Assembly: GCA_017625465.1 (NCBI GenBank)
Contig: JAGAKS010000016.1
Location: forward strand, 221,104 to 285,103
From: Clostridia bacterium
GTDB lineage: Bacteria > Bacillota > Clostridia > TANB77 > CAG-508
Length of the DNA stretch: 64,000 nucleotides
Reading direction: 5' to 3'
The notes beneath the pieces were generated by a model. That model saw nothing but the letters and a program-made list of their open reading frames with translations. It was not told the origin of the DNA and searched no databases. This document shows positions 43,383-55,262 of the stretch, one piece after another (the first letter of the stretch is position 1; each line of letters starts with the position of its first letter). The position numbers were made by a program, and so were the translations under genes.

Positions 43383-44042
43383 TTATTTATTTCTTAAATA
43401 TTCAAGTACATCGGCTGCAACTTCTTCTTTCATTCGGTTTATTGCAACGCTTAGAGTTGTTGAATATAAAGCTCCTGTATTTTTATAATATTCTGTAAGT
43501 GGAGCAGTTTCTTTATAATACACTTCTAATCTGTTTTGAGCTTTTTCTAATGTATCATCATCTCTTTGATATAGTTCTCCACCACATTTATCGCAAACAC
43601 CTTCTACTTTTGATGGATTTAAAACTAAATTATATACTGCTTTACATTTTCTACAAATTCTTCTATTTGTAACTCTTTCTAGAATTTCTTCTGTTGGAGT
43701 TTCTAAATTAACAACAGCATCTATTTTTTGATTTCTTGCTTCTAACATTTTATCTAAAGCTTCTGCTTGTGGAATTGTTCTAACAAATCCGTCTAAAATA
43801 AGTCCGTTTTTAGCATCTTCTTCATTTAGTCTTGCTTCTAACATTTCTAATACAATGCTATCAGGAACTAATTTTCCTGTAGTAACATATTCGTTTAATT
43901 TTTTACCTATTTCAGTTCCTTCACTAATATGTTTTCTAAAAATATCTCCACTAGAAACTGCTGGAATATTTAATTCTTTTGAAAGAATTTCTGAAACGCT
44001 TCCTTTACCTGAAGCTGGTGCACCTAACATAATAATAATCAT
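43383..44042 (-). CDS. adk: Adenylate kinase
   Basis: GAPASGKG, SSGDIFR, LDGF, Zn-binding LID, QRDDD. Confidence 0.96.
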   Translation of the reverse strand: MIIIMLGAPASGKGSVSEILSKELNIPAVSSGDIFRKHISEGTEIGKKLNEYVTTGKLVPDSIVLEMLEARLNEEDAKNGLILDGFVRTIPQAEALDKMLEARNQKIDAVVNLETPTEEILERVTNRRICRKCKAVYNLVLNPSKVEGVCDKCGGELYQRDDDTLEKAQNRLEVYYKETAPLTEYYKNTGALYSTTLSVAINRMKEEVAADVLEYLRNK

Positions 44043-44185
44043 TTTTACTTCCTCCATTTATTTATTTTAATGTGCTTTTTTAAATCTTATTCATATACAA
44101 TAATAAAAGCTTTAAAAAAACACATTAAAACGAACAGTAGCAAAGTGCAAAAATGGCACTTTAACTATTATTCGTTTTAAATAAA

Positions 44186-45514
44186 TTATTTTTCTAAAAA
44201 TCCTTTATAATGTCTCATCATTAATTGAGATTCTAATTGTTGTACTGTTTCTAACGCAACACCGACAACGATTAATATTGATGTTCCACCAAAAGACAAG
44301 TTCAAGTCAGTAAATCTTAATAACATAGGTAAAATTGCTATGATACTTAAGAATATAGCACCAAAAACAGTTAATTTATTTAAAATACTTTTTAAATAAT
44401 CTGTTGTAGGTTTTCCTGCTCTAACACCTGGAATAAATCCACCTTGTTTTTTAATGTTGTTAGATACTTCTGCTGGATTAAATGTAGCATATGTATAGAA
44501 AAATGTAAATCCTACGATTAGTAAGAAATAAACTATAGCATTTGCTAAACTATATCCCCAACCTACAGCTGATGAAGATGTAGCAATTGAGAATTTATAT
44601 AATCCTGCTAGAAATCCTGTACCACTATTTACAGCATCTGCAGCAAATATTTGTAAAATCATTGCTGGGAATGTCATAAAACTGCTTGCAAAAATTACTG
44701 GTATAACTCCTGCCATAGCAAGTTTTAGTGGAATATGAGTATTTTGTCCACCATACATTTTTCTTCCAACAACTTTTTTTGCATATTGTACTGGAACTCT
44801 TCTTTCAGCTTGTTGTACAAATACAACACCAGCAATTAAAAGTATTGCTCCAACAATAACTGCAAGTGAAGTTACAATTCCAACAGTACTTATTGTACCA
44901 TTTTTTACAATCAAATTCCATAATGTAGTTATTCCAGAAGGTAAACCTGAAATAATACCTATGAAAATAATCATTGATATACCATTTCCAATTCCTTTAT
45001 TTGTGATTTGTTCACCAAGCCACATAAGAATTGCTGTACCTGTAATTAAAGACATTACAACTACTAAACCAGTTAAAAATCCTGGATTAATGAAAATTCC
45101 TGATGAGCTATAAGATAAGTATATACCTAACGCTTCAACAGCTGATAATACTAAACTAAGTATTTTTGTATATTTGTTAACTTTTTCTTTTCCAGCTTCT
45201 CCACCTTCTTTAATAGCTTTTTCTAATGAAGGTATAATCATAGCTAACAATTGAATAACAATTGATGCTGTGATATATGGAGTAATTGTCATTGCAAAAA
45301 TTGACAATCTTGAAAAAGCACCACCAGATATTGTATTTATAAGTCCAGCAACACTTCCAGTAGCTGAGCTCATTTGCTCAGCTAAAGTGAATGTATCAAC
45401 ACCTGGAACTGTTAAATAACATCCGAATCTAAATATTACTATTAGAAGTAATGTATATAATATTTTTTTTCTAACCTCTGGTGTTTTTAGAGCATTTTTA
45501 ATAGTTTTAAACAA
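44186..45514 (-). CDS. secY: Preprotein translocase SecY
   Basis: ITPYITASI, GIGNGIS, GGFIPGVRAG, FGGTSILIVVGV. Confidence 0.97.
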   Translation of the reverse strand: MFKTIKNALKTPEVRKKILYTLLLIVIFRFGCYLTVPGVDTFTLAEQMSSATGSVAGLINTISGGAFSRLSIFAMTITPYITASIVIQLLAMIIPSLEKAIKEGGEAGKEKVNKYTKILSLVLSAVEALGIYLSYSSSGIFINPGFLTGLVVVMSLITGTAILMWLGEQITNKGIGNGISMIIFIGIISGLPSGITTLWNLIVKNGTISTVGIVTSLAVIVGAILLIAGVVFVQQAERRVPVQYAKKVVGRKMYGGQNTHIPLKLAMAGVIPVIFASSFMTFPAMILQIFAADAVNSGTGFLAGLYKFSIATSSSAVGWGYSLANAIVYFLLIVGFTFFYTYATFNPAEVSNNIKKQGGFIPGVRAGKPTTDYLKSILNKLTVFGAIFLSIIAILPMLLRFTDLNLSFGGTSILIVVGVALETVQQLESQLMMRHYKGFLEK

Positions 45515-45949
45515 TTAAACCACCTCAATCTTTCCACCTGCAGCTTCGATTTTTTCTGCAGCAGCTTTAGTAAATCTTGTTGCTTTAACTGTTAATTTTT
45601 TCTCTAAGCTTCCTGTTCCTAAAACAACTATTCCATCATTTATTTTTCCAATAATTCCTTCAGCTAATAAGCTTTCAGCTGTAACTTCAGTAGCTTCTGA
45701 TTTATTAAGCATTGTTAAAGTTACTTCTGTGTATGTATTAGCATGAATGTTATTAAATCCTCTTTTTGGTAATCTTCTATATAATGGTGTTTGACCTCCT
45801 TCGAAGCCTCTTCTTACACCACCACCTGATCTTGCTTTTTGTCCTTTATGTCCTCTTCCAGAAGTTTTTCCTAAACCAGATCCTATTCCACGACCAACTC
45901 TCTTTTTAGTCACTTTTTTTGTAGCTGGATGTAAATTTCCTAATTCCAT
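45515..45949 (-). CDS. rplO: 50S ribosomal protein L15
   Basis: [29 protein letters not shown]. Confidence 0.98.
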   Translation of the reverse strand: MELGNLHPATKKVTKKRVGRGIGSGLGKTSGRGHKGQKARSGGGVRRGFEGGQTPLYRRLPKRGFNNIHANTYTEVTLTMLNKSEATEVTAESLLAEGIIGKINDGIVVLGTGSLEKKLTVKATRFTKAAAEKIEAAGGKIEVV

Positions 45950-46012
45950 TTTTGCACCTCCTCTAGATTGAATTTATTATATATTAACTTAAACTTTATA
46001 TCAATATATTTT

Positions 46013-46501
46013 TTATAAAATTTCGCTAACTTTTTTACCTCTTTTTTTAGCAACTTCTTCAGCAGTTTTCATGCTTTTTAAAGCCTCTATTGTAGCATAA
46101 ACTACGTTTCTTGGGTTGTTAGTTCCAATAACTTTTGTTTTAATATCTTTGTAACCAGCAAGTTCTAATACTGGTCTTACGCTACCACCAGCGATAACTC
46201 CAGAACCTTCTGGACCTGGTTTTAATATAACGCTAGCACTACCAAATCTACCAACAAATTCATGTGGTATAGTTGTTCCAACGATTGGTACGTTAACTAA
46301 GTTTTTCTTAGCTTCTTCGATAGCTTTTTTGATTGCATCTGGAACTTCAGCAGCTTTACCATTTCCAACACCTACATGTCCTTGTTCATCACCAACAACA
46401 ACAACAGCGCTGAATCTAAATGTTCTACCACCTTTAACAACTTTTGCAACTCTATTTATAGCAACAACTTTTTCTTTTAATTCAACTGTTCTTTCCTCCA
46501 T
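46013..46501 (-). CDS. rpsE: 30S ribosomal protein S5
   Basis: [18 protein letters not shown]. Confidence 0.98.
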   Translation of the reverse strand: MEERTVELKEKVVAINRVAKVVKGGRTFRFSAVVVVGDEQGHVGVGNGKAAEVPDAIKKAIEEAKKNLVNVPIVGTTIPHEFVGRFGSASVILKPGPEGSGVIAGGSVRPVLELAGYKDIKTKVIGTNNPRNVVYATIEALKSMKTAEEVAKKRGKKVSEIL

Positions 46502-46529
46502 GAGTTAACTTTTTCCTCCTTCTTTAAAA

Positions 46530-46889
46530 TTAGAATTTTAAACCTGCTTCACGAGCTGCTTCAGCTAATTCTTTAACAACTCCGTGATAAATAAATCCAC
46601 CTCTGTCGAAAACTACTGCTTCGATATTTTCTTCTAAAGCTTTTTTAGCAACTGCTGTTCCAACTTCTTTTGCAGCTTCTTTATTAGCTTTTTTAGTTTT
46701 TATTTCTTTATCTAATGTTGAAACATATACAAGTGTTTTTCCGTTTTCATCATCGATGATTTGAGCTATAATATTTTTGTTTGTTCTGCAAACTGCAAGT
46801 CTTGGGCAATCTGCTGTACCACTTACTTTATTACGAACTCTTTTATGACGTCTTACTCTTTCTGCTTTTCTATCTATTTTAGAAATCAT
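46530..46889 (-). CDS. rplR: 50S ribosomal protein L18
   Basis: [20 protein letters not shown]. Confidence 0.97.
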   Translation of the reverse strand: MISKIDRKAERVRRHKRVRNKVSGTADCPRLAVCRTNKNIIAQIIDDENGKTLVYVSTLDKEIKTKKANKEAAKEVGTAVAKKALEENIEAVVFDRGGFIYHGVVKELAEAAREAGLKF

Positions 46890-46996
46890 TTTTATTCTCC
46901 TTTCTAGGTTGGCTCTAGGGGCATATCTAATTCCTCTAGGTATATTTACTTTAAGGGATTAAATATACCCCTAAAGTTTACTAGTTTAACCTGTTT

Positions 46997-47536
46997 CTAT
47001 TTTTTACCTGCTTTTCCTTCTTTACGTCTAATTACTTCTTCAGCGTATTTAATACCTTTTCCTCTATAAACTTCTGGTGGTCTCTTTGTTCTGATAACAG
47101 CTGCAGTTTGACCAACAAGTTCTTTATCCATTCCTTTAACGATTATTTCGTTAGGATTTGGAACATCAAAAGTAATTCCTTCTGGTGCTTCCATTTCAAC
47201 TGGATGAGAGTATCCTAATGTTAAAACTAATTTTGTTCCTTGCTTTTGTGCTCTATATCCAACACCATTTACTTCTAATTTTCTTTCGAAACCTTTTGTA
47301 GTTCCTTCAATCATATTGTTTATTAAAGTTCTTGTTAAACCATGTAAACTTCTATTTGCTGGTTCATCATCTGGTCTTTCAACTTTAAGAACATTTCCAT
47401 CAACAACAATTTTCATATTTTTATGAAATTCTTTTGTTAATGTTCCTTTAGGTCCTTTTACAGTAAGGTTTTGTCCATCTAATTTGATTTCAACACCTTC
47501 TGGTACTGTAATAGGTTTATTTCCTATTCTAGACAT
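46997..47536 (-). CDS. rplF: 50S ribosomal protein L6
   Basis: [20 protein letters not shown]. Confidence 0.98.
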   Translation of the reverse strand: MSRIGNKPITVPEGVEIKLDGQNLTVKGPKGTLTKEFHKNMKIVVDGNVLKVERPDDEPANRSLHGLTRTLINNMIEGTTKGFERKLEVNGVGYRAQKQGTKLVLTLGYSHPVEMEAPEGITFDVPNPNEIIVKGMDKELVGQTAAVIRTKRPPEVYRGKGIKYAEEVIRRKEGKAGKK

Positions 47537-47626
47537 TTTATGTCTCCTCCTTCTTAATTATATATTTGGTTAATTGTGATTTAGATATTCCAAATCTTTT
47601 CGCCATATCTTAATTTTCATTTCAAA

Positions 47627-48025
47627 TTACCAGATATAAGCTAAAACTTCTCCACCAATTCCTTCTTCTCTAGCTTTTTTATCTGTCATAATTCCTTTTG
47701 AAGTTGAAATTAAAGCGATACCTAAACCATTTAAAACTTTTGGTAATTCATCTTTAGATGCATAAATTCTTAAACCAGGTTTGCTGATTCTTCTTAATCC
47801 ATCTATTACTCTATTACCTTTCTCATCATATTTTAAAGTAATTCTAATAATACCTTGTGTATTATCTTCGATTTCTTCAAAAGCTTTTATATATCCTTCT
47901 TCAAGTAAAGTTTCTGCAATAGCTTTTTTCATTTTAGATGCTGGAACATCTACTGTTTTAAATTTTGCACTATTTGCATTTCTTATTCTTGTCAACATAT
48001 CTGCTATTGGGTCAGTTATATTCAC
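47627..48025 (-). CDS. rpsH: 30S ribosomal protein S8
   Basis: [21 protein letters not shown]. Confidence 0.98.
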   Translation of the reverse strand: MNITDPIADMLTRIRNANSAKFKTVDVPASKMKKAIAETLLEEGYIKAFEEIEDNTQGIIRITLKYDEKGNRVIDGLRRISKPGLRIYASKDELPKVLNGLGIALISTSKGIMTDKKAREEGIGGEVLAYIW

Positions 48026-48058
48026 GTTTTTTACCCTCCTTTTTAATTATTTTTTAAA

Positions 48059-48244
48059 TTACCAGCTTGCTTTTTTTACTCCTGGAATCTCTCCTTTATG
48101 AGCTAATTCTCTGAAGCAAACACGGCAAATACCATATTTTCTAATATATGAATGTGGTCTTCCACAAATTCTACATCTATTATATTCTCTTGTTTTGTAT
48201 TTTTGTGGTCTAGCACATTTTACTTTTAATGATTTTTTAGCCAT
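48059..48244 (-). CDS. rpsN: 30S ribosomal protein S14 (Zn-binding type)
   Basis: [20 protein letters not shown]. Confidence 0.97.
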   Translation of the reverse strand: MAKKSLKVKCARPQKYKTREYNRCRICGRPHSYIRKYGICRVCFRELAHKGEIPGVKKASW

Positions 48245-48258
48245 TATAGACTCCTTTC

Positions 48259-48798
48259 TTAGTTTTTGAATGGCATACCTAAAAGTGTAAGTAATTCTTT
48301 AGCTTCTTCATCACTTTTAGCAGTTGTTACAAATATAATATCCATTCCTCTTAACTTATCAACTTTATCATATTCGATTTCTGGGAATATTAATTGTTCT
48401 TTAACACCCATTGAGTAGTTTCCTCTACCATCAAATGAATTTCCAGAAACACCTCTAAAATCTCTTACTCTTGGAAGAGCTACGTTAAATAGTTTGTAAG
48501 CAAAATCATACATTTTTCCTGATCTTAATGTTACTTTGCATCCTATTTTAGCACCTTCTCTTAATTTAAAAGCTGCAATTGATTTTTTAGCTTTTGTTAC
48601 GATAGGTTTTTGTCCTGTAATTATACTTAAATCGTTCATAGCATTGTCTAAAGCTTTAGGATTATCTTTTGTTTCACCTAAGCCTATGTTTATAACTATT
48701 TTCTCAAGTTTTGGAACTTGCATTACTGATTTATAGTTAAACTTTTTCATCATTGCTGGAACTACTTCATTTTTGTATTGTTCTCTAAGCATTTCCAT
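48259..48798 (-). CDS. rplE: 50S ribosomal protein L5
   Basis: [26 protein letters not shown]. Confidence 0.98.
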   Translation of the reverse strand: MEMLREQYKNEVVPAMMKKFNYKSVMQVPKLEKIVINIGLGETKDNPKALDNAMNDLSIITGQKPIVTKAKKSIAAFKLREGAKIGCKVTLRSGKMYDFAYKLFNVALPRVRDFRGVSGNSFDGRGNYSMGVKEQLIFPEIEYDKVDKLRGMDIIFVTTAKSDEEAKELLTLLGMPFKN

Positions 48799-48819
48799 TA
48801 CTTTCGAGTCCTCCTTCTA

Positions 48820-49137
48820 TTATTTTATTTTGGCACCGCATTTTTTACAAACACGAACTTTTTCGCCTTTTTCTAGTACATATCCTACTCTTGTTGTTTT
48901 ACCACATTTTGGACATACAACATTAACTTTTGAAACTGGAATTGCACATTCTGTAGGAATAATTCCACCTTCTTCACCTTGTTTTCTAGGTTTGATATGT
49001 TTTTTTCTAATATTAACACCTTTAACAACTATTTTATTTGCTTTTGGCATTACTTCTATAACTTCTCCAGTTTTACCTTTATCATTTCCAGATAAAACTT
49101 GAACTTTATCACCTTTTTTGATTTTCACTCTATTCAC
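48820..49137 (-). CDS. rplX: 50S ribosomal protein L24
   Basis: KKGDKVQVLSGNDKGKTG KOW motif. Confidence 0.97.
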   Translation of the reverse strand: MNRVKIKKGDKVQVLSGNDKGKTGEVIEVMPKANKIVVKGVNIRKKHIKPRKQGEEGGIIPTECAIPVSKVNVVCPKCGKTTRVGYVLEKGEKVRVCKKCGAKIK

Positions 49138-49165
49138 CTCTTTGCTTTGAATTTATATCTCTTAA

Positions 49166-49534
49166 TTATAATACTTCTGGAGCTAAAGATAATATTTTTA
49201 AATAATTTTTATCTCTTAATTCTCTAGCTACTGGTCCAAATATACGAGTTCCTTTTGGTGTTCCGTCTTCACGGATTATAACTGCTGCATTTTCATCAAA
49301 TTTTACATAAGAACCATCAGCACGTCTAGCGCCTTTTTTACTTCTTACAACTACAGCTTTTACAACTTCACCTTTTTTTACAACACCACCTGGTGTAGCA
49401 GATTTAACAGAAGCAACTATAACATCTCCTATTTCAGCATATTTTCTATGTGAACCGCCTAAACATCTAATGCACATTAATTCTCTTGCACCAGTGTTAT
49501 CAGCAACTTTTAATCTACTTTGTTGTTGTACCAT
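49166..49534 (-). CDS. rplN: 50S ribosomal protein L14
   Basis: [26 protein letters not shown]. Confidence 0.98.
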   Translation of the reverse strand: MVQQQSRLKVADNTGARELMCIRCLGGSHRKYAEIGDVIVASVKSATPGGVVKKGEVVKAVVVRSKKGARRADGSYVKFDENAAVIIREDGTPKGTRIFGPVARELRDKNYLKILSLAPEVL

Positions 49535-49558
49535 GACACTTAAGTCCTCCTTTTACTA

Positions 49559-49822
49559 TTATTTAATTACGGCTTTCTCAACGATTTCAACAACTCTAAA
49601 TCTTTTATCTTTAGATAAAGGTCTTGTTTCCATAACTAAAACTTTATCTCCAACTTTACAATTGTTTTCTTCGTCATGAGCTTTTAATTTGTATGTTCTT
49701 TTTACTGTTTTTTTGTAAATTGGGTGTGCAACACTTGTTTCAACAGCAACAACTACTGTTTTATCCATTTTATCAGAAACAACTGTACCAACCATTGATT
49801 TACGAAGATTTCTTTCTTCCAT
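49559..49822 (-). CDS. rpsQ: 30S ribosomal protein S17
   Basis: [22 protein letters not shown]. Confidence 0.98.
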   Translation of the reverse strand: MEERNLRKSMVGTVVSDKMDKTVVVAVETSVAHPIYKKTVKRTYKLKAHDEENNCKVGDKVLVMETRPLSKDKRFRVVEIVEKAVIK

Positions 49823-49844
49823 TAGGGATTACTCCTTTCTTAAA

Positions 49845-50042
49845 TTAATTTGCTTTTAATTCTCTTTGTCTAAGTTCAGTTTTAATTCTAGCTATATTTT
49901 TTCTAACTTCTTTTATTTTCATAGGATTAACTAATCCGTTAGTAGCTAGGCTAAATCTCAACTTGAATAGTTCAGTTTTTAATTCACTTAGCTCTTTTTC
50001 TAGCTCTGGTGAAGACATTTCTTTTATTTTATTATTCTTCAA
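49845..50042 (-). CDS. rpmC: 50S ribosomal protein L29
   Basis: [17 protein letters not shown]; TTG start inferred. Confidence 0.93.
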   Translation of the reverse strand: MKNNKIKEMSSPELEKELSELKTELFKLRFSLATNGLVNPMKIKEVRKNIARIKTELRQRELKAN

Positions 50043-50472
50043 CTTGATCACCACCTACTTCAATTTCTCTTTTTACGAATTTTGTTTGAACTGGTAATTT
50101 GTGAGATGCTAATCTTAAAGCTTCTCTAGCAACTTCTTCAGAAACACCTGCGATTTCAAACATAACTCTTCCTGGTTTTACTACTGCTACCCAATATTCT
50201 GGAGCACCTTTACCTTTACCCATACGAGTTTCAGCTGGTTTTTTAGTAACTGGTTTGTCTGGGAATATTTTAATCCAAACTTTACCACCTCTTTTAATGT
50301 AACGAGTCATTGCAACTCTGGCTGCTTCGATTTGATTTGCTTTAATCCATCCAGCAGTTGTAGCTTGTAATCCGAATTCACCTTCGTTTACTACATTTCC
50401 TCTTGTTGCTTTTCCTCTGTTTCTACCTTTTTGCATTTTTCTATATTTTGATCTTTTTGGCATTACTGGCAT
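50032..50472 (-). CDS. rplP: 50S ribosomal protein L16
   Basis: [19 protein letters not shown]. Confidence 0.98.
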   Translation of the reverse strand: MPVMPKRSKYRKMQKGRNRGKATRGNVVNEGEFGLQATTAGWIKANQIEAARVAMTRYIKRGGKVWIKIFPDKPVTKKPAETRMGKGKGAPEYWVAVVKPGRVMFEIAGVSEEVAREALRLASHKLPVQTKFVKREIEVGGDQVEE

Positions 50473-51131
50473 TAGTCATTACCTCCTTTTGCTGTTTGTT
50501 TAGCTTTAAGAATTTCGCCTTTATAGATCCAAACTTTTACACCTATTTTACCATAAGTTGTATCAGCTTCTGCGAATCCATAGTCGATATCAGCTCTTAA
50601 AGTTTGTAGAGGTATAGTTCCATCTTTGTAGAATTCTGTTCTAGCCATATCAGCTCCACCTAATCTTCCAGATACTGCAGTTTTAATACCTAAAGCACCT
50701 GATTTCATAGCTTTTTGCATACATTGTTTCATGGCTCTTCTGAAAGAAATTCTTCTCTCTAATTGTCCAGCGATATTTTCTGCTACTAATTGAGCATCAA
50801 TATCAACATTTTTTACCTCAACAATATTTAAATTAACTTCTTTATTAATCATTTTTTCTAATTCAGCTTTTAAAGCTTCTGAAAGGTTTCCACCTTTTCC
50901 TATTACTAAACCTGGTTTAGCTGTATATACGTTTACTTTTACGCATTTAGCAGTTCTCTCTATTTCAATTTTTGAAATTCCGCTAATGAATAGTTTTTTC
51001 TTTACATATTTACGAATTTCGTGATCTTCTACTAAGTAGTCACTAAAGTTTTTAGAATCTGCATACCATTTAGAATTCCAATCTCTAATAACACCTACTC
51101 TTATTCCATTTGGATGAACTTTTTGTCCCAT
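50472..51131 (-). CDS. rpsC: 30S ribosomal protein S3
   Basis: [28 protein letters not shown]. Confidence 0.98.
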   Translation of the reverse strand: MGQKVHPNGIRVGVIRDWNSKWYADSKNFSDYLVEDHEIRKYVKKKLFISGISKIEIERTAKCVKVNVYTAKPGLVIGKGGNLSEALKAELEKMINKEVNLNIVEVKNVDIDAQLVAENIAGQLERRISFRRAMKQCMQKAMKSGALGIKTAVSGRLGGADMARTEFYKDGTIPLQTLRADIDYGFAEADTTYGKIGVKVWIYKGEILKAKQTAKGGND

Positions 51132-51153
51132 GTCGTAAATATCCTCCTTTCTT

Positions 51154-51513
51154 TTATTTACTCTCTCTTAAAACTATTGTAATATGACTTGTTCTTTTTC
51201 TAATTCTAACAGCTGATCCTTTTGCAGCTGGTCTTATTCTTTTTAAAGTAGGTCCTTGGTTTGCATAAATTTCTGCAACATAAAGGTTACTTCTATTCAT
51301 AAAGTGATTGTTTTCAGCATTAGCTATAGCTGATTTTAATAGTTTTTCTAAAATTTCTGCTGAAGCTTTAGGAGCAAATTTTACTATTGTTAAAGCTTCA
51401 TCAACTTTTTTACCTCTGATTAAATCTGCTACGATTTTAACTTTTCTTGCTGAAATTCTAGCATAACTTAAAGTAGCTTTTGCTTCTACTACTGTAGCTT
51501 GATTTTCTTCCAC
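51154..51513 (-). CDS. rplV: 50S ribosomal protein L22
   Basis: [32 protein letters not shown]. Confidence 0.97.
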   Translation of the reverse strand: MEENQATVVEAKATLSYARISARKVKIVADLIRGKKVDEALTIVKFAPKASAEILEKLLKSAIANAENNHFMNRSNLYVAEIYANQGPTLKRIRPAAKGSAVRIRKRTSHITIVLRESK

Positions 51514-51554
51514 AGTTATATCCTCCTTTTATTTTTTAAGATATAAATCTCATT

Positions 51555-51830
51555 TTATTTCTTTGTTGTTTTGTCTCCTGCATGACCTTTGAAAGTTCTT
51601 GTTGGAGCGAATTCACCTAATTTATGTCCAATCATTTCTTCTGAAATATAAACTGGTACATGTTTTCTACCATCATGAACAGCTATTGTGTGTCCAACCA
51701 TTTGTGGGTAGATTGTAGATGCTCTTGACCATGTTTTTAAAACTTCTTTTTTACCTGTTTCGTTCATAGCTTCAATTCTTTTTAATAATTCAGGAGCTAC
51801 GAAAGGTACTTTTTTACTTGATCTTGACAT
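51555..51830 (-). CDS. rpsS: 30S ribosomal protein S19
   Basis: [18 protein letters not shown]. Confidence 0.98.
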   Translation of the reverse strand: MSRSSKKVPFVAPELLKRIEAMNETGKKEVLKTWSRASTIYPQMVGHTIAVHDGRKHVPVYISEEMIGHKLGEFAPTRTFKGHAGDKTTKK

Positions 51831-51846
51831 TTATTTTTCTCCTTCC

Positions 51847-52674
51847 TTATTTTCTTCTCTTAACTATAAATTTATTTGATTGTTTCTTTTTATTTCTTGT
51901 CTTATATCCTAATGCTGGTTTACCCCAAGGAGTCATAGGTCCACTATGTCCAACTGGTGCTCTACCTTCACCACCACCATGTGGGTGATCATTAGGGTTC
52001 ATAACAGATCCTCTAACAGTAGGTCTGATACCCATATGTCTTTTTCTACCAGCTTTACCTAATTTAATATTTTCGTGGTCGCTGTTTCCGATTGTTCCTA
52101 TTGTAGCTCTACATCTTACAGCTACTAATCTCATTTCTCCTGATGGAAGTCTTACGTGAGCATAAGCTCCTTCTTTAGCCATTAATTGAGCTTCTTGACC
52201 AGCTCCTCTAACTAATTTTCCACCTTGACCTGGATTTAACTCGATATTGTGGATCATTGTACCAACTGGAATGCTTTCGATTGGCATTGCATTTCCTGGT
52301 TTGATATCAACTTTAGCTCCTGAGATAACTTTATCTCCATCTGTTAATCCTTTTGGTGCTAAGATGTAAGATTTTGTTCCATCTTCATATTCTATTAAAG
52401 CGATATTTGCACTTCTGTTTGGATCATATTCGATACCAATAACTGTTGCATACATATCATCTTTTTGTCTTTTAAAATCTATTAATCTGTATTTTTGTCT
52501 GTTTCCACCACCTTGGTGTCTAACTGTAATTCTACCATAAGAATTTCTACCTGCATTTTTCTTTTTAGCAACTAATAAAGATTTTTCAGGATCTTTTTTT
52601 GTGATTTCTTCGAATGTTGAAGAAGTCATATTTCTTCTTGATGGTGTATAAGGTCTATATGTTCTAATTCCCAT
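51847..52674 (-). CDS. rplB: 50S ribosomal protein L2
   Basis: [21 protein letters not shown]. Confidence 0.98.
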   Translation of the reverse strand: MGIRTYRPYTPSRRNMTSSTFEEITKKDPEKSLLVAKKKNAGRNSYGRITVRHQGGGNRQKYRLIDFKRQKDDMYATVIGIEYDPNRSANIALIEYEDGTKSYILAPKGLTDGDKVISGAKVDIKPGNAMPIESIPVGTMIHNIELNPGQGGKLVRGAGQEAQLMAKEGAYAHVRLPSGEMRLVAVRCRATIGTIGNSDHENIKLGKAGRKRHMGIRPTVRGSVMNPNDHPHGGGEGRAPVGHSGPMTPWGKPALGYKTRNKKKQSNKFIVKRRK

Positions 52675-52770
52675 TTTTAAAATCCTCTTCTCTAATATAT
52701 TTGAGCAATTTTCCTGTGCTCTCAGTTATTTTTTATTGTCCCAGTATTATCTGGATATTTGTTTTGGAAC

Positions 52771-53118
52771 CTAAGCTCCCATAAATTCGCTAATTGAATC
52801 TTTGTATTTTTTAGAAACTTTAACTTCTTTTCCACCTTTACCTAAGTAAGATTTTGTAGAAGCAGTTGTATCTATAGTAACGATTGCTTTTTTCCAATCT
52901 GAAGTTCTACCTTGGTGAACTCCTACTCTTTTTTCTTTACCTTTTACTGAAATAGTATTTACATTTAATACTTTTACTTCAAATAATTTTTCAACAGCTT
53001 TTTTAATATCAACTTTTGTTGCTTTTTTTGCAACTTTGAAAGTGTATTTACCTTCTTGCATATCAGCGCTACTTTTTTCAGTAACAACTGGAGCTATTAT
53101 AATTTCTTCTGCTACCAT
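52771..53118 (-). CDS. rplW: 50S ribosomal protein L23 (C-terminal extension)
   Basis: PVVTEKS..YTFKV..WKKAIVT. Confidence 0.95.
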   Translation of the reverse strand: MVAEEIIIAPVVTEKSSADMQEGKYTFKVAKKATKVDIKKAVEKLFEVKVLNVNTISVKGKEKRVGVHQGRTSDWKKAIVTIDTTASTKSYLGKGGKEVKVSKKYKDSISEFMGA

Positions 53119-53120
53119 GA

Positions 53121-53744
53121 TTAAGCATACACCTCCTCTAATTTTTTAACAGTATCTACTGTTACTACTAATTTTTTATATTTTAATAAATCATAAACGT
53201 TTATTGTAGCTACTGAACTTGTTCTAACACCTTCTAGGTTTCTAGCTGATTTTTGAACAACTTCATCTTTATCTGCTAATAAAACTAAAGCTTTATCTGT
53301 AACTTTTAAGTTTTTCATAGCATCAGCCATTTGTTTTGTTTTGATTTCTTTGAAATCAAATTTATCAACAACTACTAAGTTTTCTTCTAATACTTTTGAA
53401 CTTAATAATGATTTGATAGCTAATCTCTTTTCTTTTTTGTTTATTCTGTATTTATATGAACGTGGTTTTGGTCCTAAAGCTATACCACCTTTAATCCATT
53501 GTGTAGCTCTGATTGAACCTTGTCTTGCTCTACCAGTTCCTTTTTGTCTCCATGGTTTTCTACCACCACCTCTAACTTCAGCTCTTGTTTTAGTGCTTTG
53601 TGTACCTTGTCTTTGATTTGCAAGATAATTAACTAATACACTATGTACAACAGCTTCGTTTGGTGCAACAGCAAAAACTGCATCGTTTAACTCTATATTG
53701 CTAACTTTCTTTCCTTCTACATTATATACATCTATCTTAGCCAT
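53121..53744 (-). CDS. rplD: 50S ribosomal protein L4
   Basis: [15 protein letters not shown]. Confidence 0.98.
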   Translation of the reverse strand: MAKIDVYNVEGKKVSNIELNDAVFAVAPNEAVVHSVLVNYLANQRQGTQSTKTRAEVRGGGRKPWRQKGTGRARQGSIRATQWIKGGIALGPKPRSYKYRINKKEKRLAIKSLLSSKVLEENLVVVDKFDFKEIKTKQMADAMKNLKVTDKALVLLADKDEVVQKSARNLEGVRTSSVATINVYDLLKYKKLVVTVDTVKKLEEVYA

Positions 53745-53763
53745 TTACTTTTCCTCCTTCCTT

Positions 53764-54402
53764 CTATTTAGATGCTTTTACGCTTTTTCTAATTTTTAAT
53801 ATGCTACCTTTGTTTCCTGGTACTGAACCTTTAACTAATATAGCATTTTTATCTAAGTCAACTCTAACAACTTCTAAGTTTTGAATTGTAACTTTTTCTA
53901 CACCCATGTGTCCTGGTAAGTTTTTACCTTTAAATACTCTACCTGGTGTAGATGTTGGTCCCATTGAACCTGGTCTTCTGTGATACATAGAACCATGTCC
54001 CATTGGTCCTCTAGATTGTCCGTGACGTTTAATAACACCTTGGAAACCTTTACCTTTTGTGATGCCTTGTACATCAACTGCATCTCCTGCTACAAATACA
54101 TCAGCTGTAACTACGTTACCAACTTTTTGTTCACCAATGCATTCTTCGCATGCTCTAAATTCTCTTAAATGTTTTGCTGGTTTAACATCTGCTTTTGCAA
54201 AATGTCCTTTTAATGGTTTGTTAACTTTGTATTCTTTAACTTCTCCATAACCTAATTGAACAGCATTGTATCCATCAGTTTCAACTGTTTTTACTTGAGT
54301 TACTGTACATGGACCAGCTTCTATAACAGTTACTGGAATAACTACTCCATTTTCATCAAATATTTGAGTCATTCCAACTTTCTTTCCTATAATTGCTTTC
54401 AT
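53764..54402 (-). CDS. rplC: 50S ribosomal protein L3
   Basis: [20 protein letters not shown]. Confidence 0.98.
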   Translation of the reverse strand: MKAIIGKKVGMTQIFDENGVVIPVTVIEAGPCTVTQVKTVETDGYNAVQLGYGEVKEYKVNKPLKGHFAKADVKPAKHLREFRACEECIGEQKVGNVVTADVFVAGDAVDVQGITKGKGFQGVIKRHGQSRGPMGHGSMYHRRPGSMGPTSTPGRVFKGKNLPGHMGVEKVTIQNLEVVRVDLDKNAILVKGSVPGNKGSILKIRKSVKASK

Positions 54403-54517
54403 TTTAATTCCTCCTACTATTGGCTGAGTTTTTCCCAGCTTGGTCTCTGAGGCTGTTTGTGTTTTGTTTTACAGCGTCAGCATGCAAACGATTTAACGTT
54501 TGTTTATATTATAAAAA

Positions 54518-54847
54518 TTAGAATTTGATTTCGATATCAACACCTGCTGGTAAATCTAACTTACTTAAGCTATCAACAGTTTTTTGTGTTGGATAAAGAA
54601 TATCAATAACTCTTTTGTGTGTTCTCATTTCAAATTGTTCTCTTGAATCTTTGTGTTTGTGTGGAGAACGTAATATTGTTACGATTTCTTTTTCTGTTGG
54701 AAGTGGAACTGGACCTGAAACTTTAGCTCCTGTTCTTTTAGCAGTATCTACTATTTTTTCAGCAGACTGTTCTAAAACAACATGATCATAAGCTTTTAAT
54801 CTAATTCTGATTTTGTCGCTTCCTACTTTTGTGTTTGATGTTGCCAT
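54518..54847 (-). CDS. rpsJ: 30S ribosomal protein S10
   Basis: [29 protein letters not shown]. Confidence 0.98.
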   Translation of the reverse strand: MATSNTKVGSDKIRIRLKAYDHVVLEQSAEKIVDTAKRTGAKVSGPVPLPTEKEIVTILRSPHKHKDSREQFEMRTHKRVIDILYPTQKTVDSLSKLDLPAGVDIEIKF

Positions 54848-54994
54848 TTTAAATTTCCCTCCTTAATTATTTTCTTATGGCTAACGGCAAGTTATCAACG
54901 CATCCTGGTGTATCGTATATACACATTTTAAAATCCAAGTCCATCCTTAGTATTTAAAATCATATAATTTTGGTCTTGGATAAGTATGCATTTA

Positions 54995-55092
54995 TCAAAC
55001 TTATCGCCCGGTCTAAGCCAAGACATACTCCACAGAAGTTCCCTCCACCCTTACGGATGTAGCCACATTCTGCTTCATCGCTTTATCTTACG
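54995..55092 (-). promoter_or_regulatory. Candidate structured leader RNA of the S10 operon
   Basis: GC-richer segment GCGATGAAGCAGAA..TTCTGTGGAGTATGTC..CCGGGCGATA in the long rpsJ 5' UTR; resembles clostridial S10 leaders from memory, not verified. Confidence 0.5.
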
Positions 55093-55100
55093 CAAGTAAT

Positions 55101-55130
55101 ATTATACTACTTGCTACTACCTCTTGTCAA
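55101..55130 (-). promoter_or_regulatory. sigmaA promoter of the S10 operon
   Basis: TTGACA-18 bp-TATAAT. Confidence 0.75.
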
Positions 55131-55262
55131 CTGTTTTTTGACATTTTTTCAAAAAACTTGAAACTTTTACATTTTTTGAAAATTGATATCATTATATAAG
55201 AAAATAAAGTCCAAATTGTTAGTTTTTTTTACTAACCAATCGGACTTTATTATAATTTAAAA

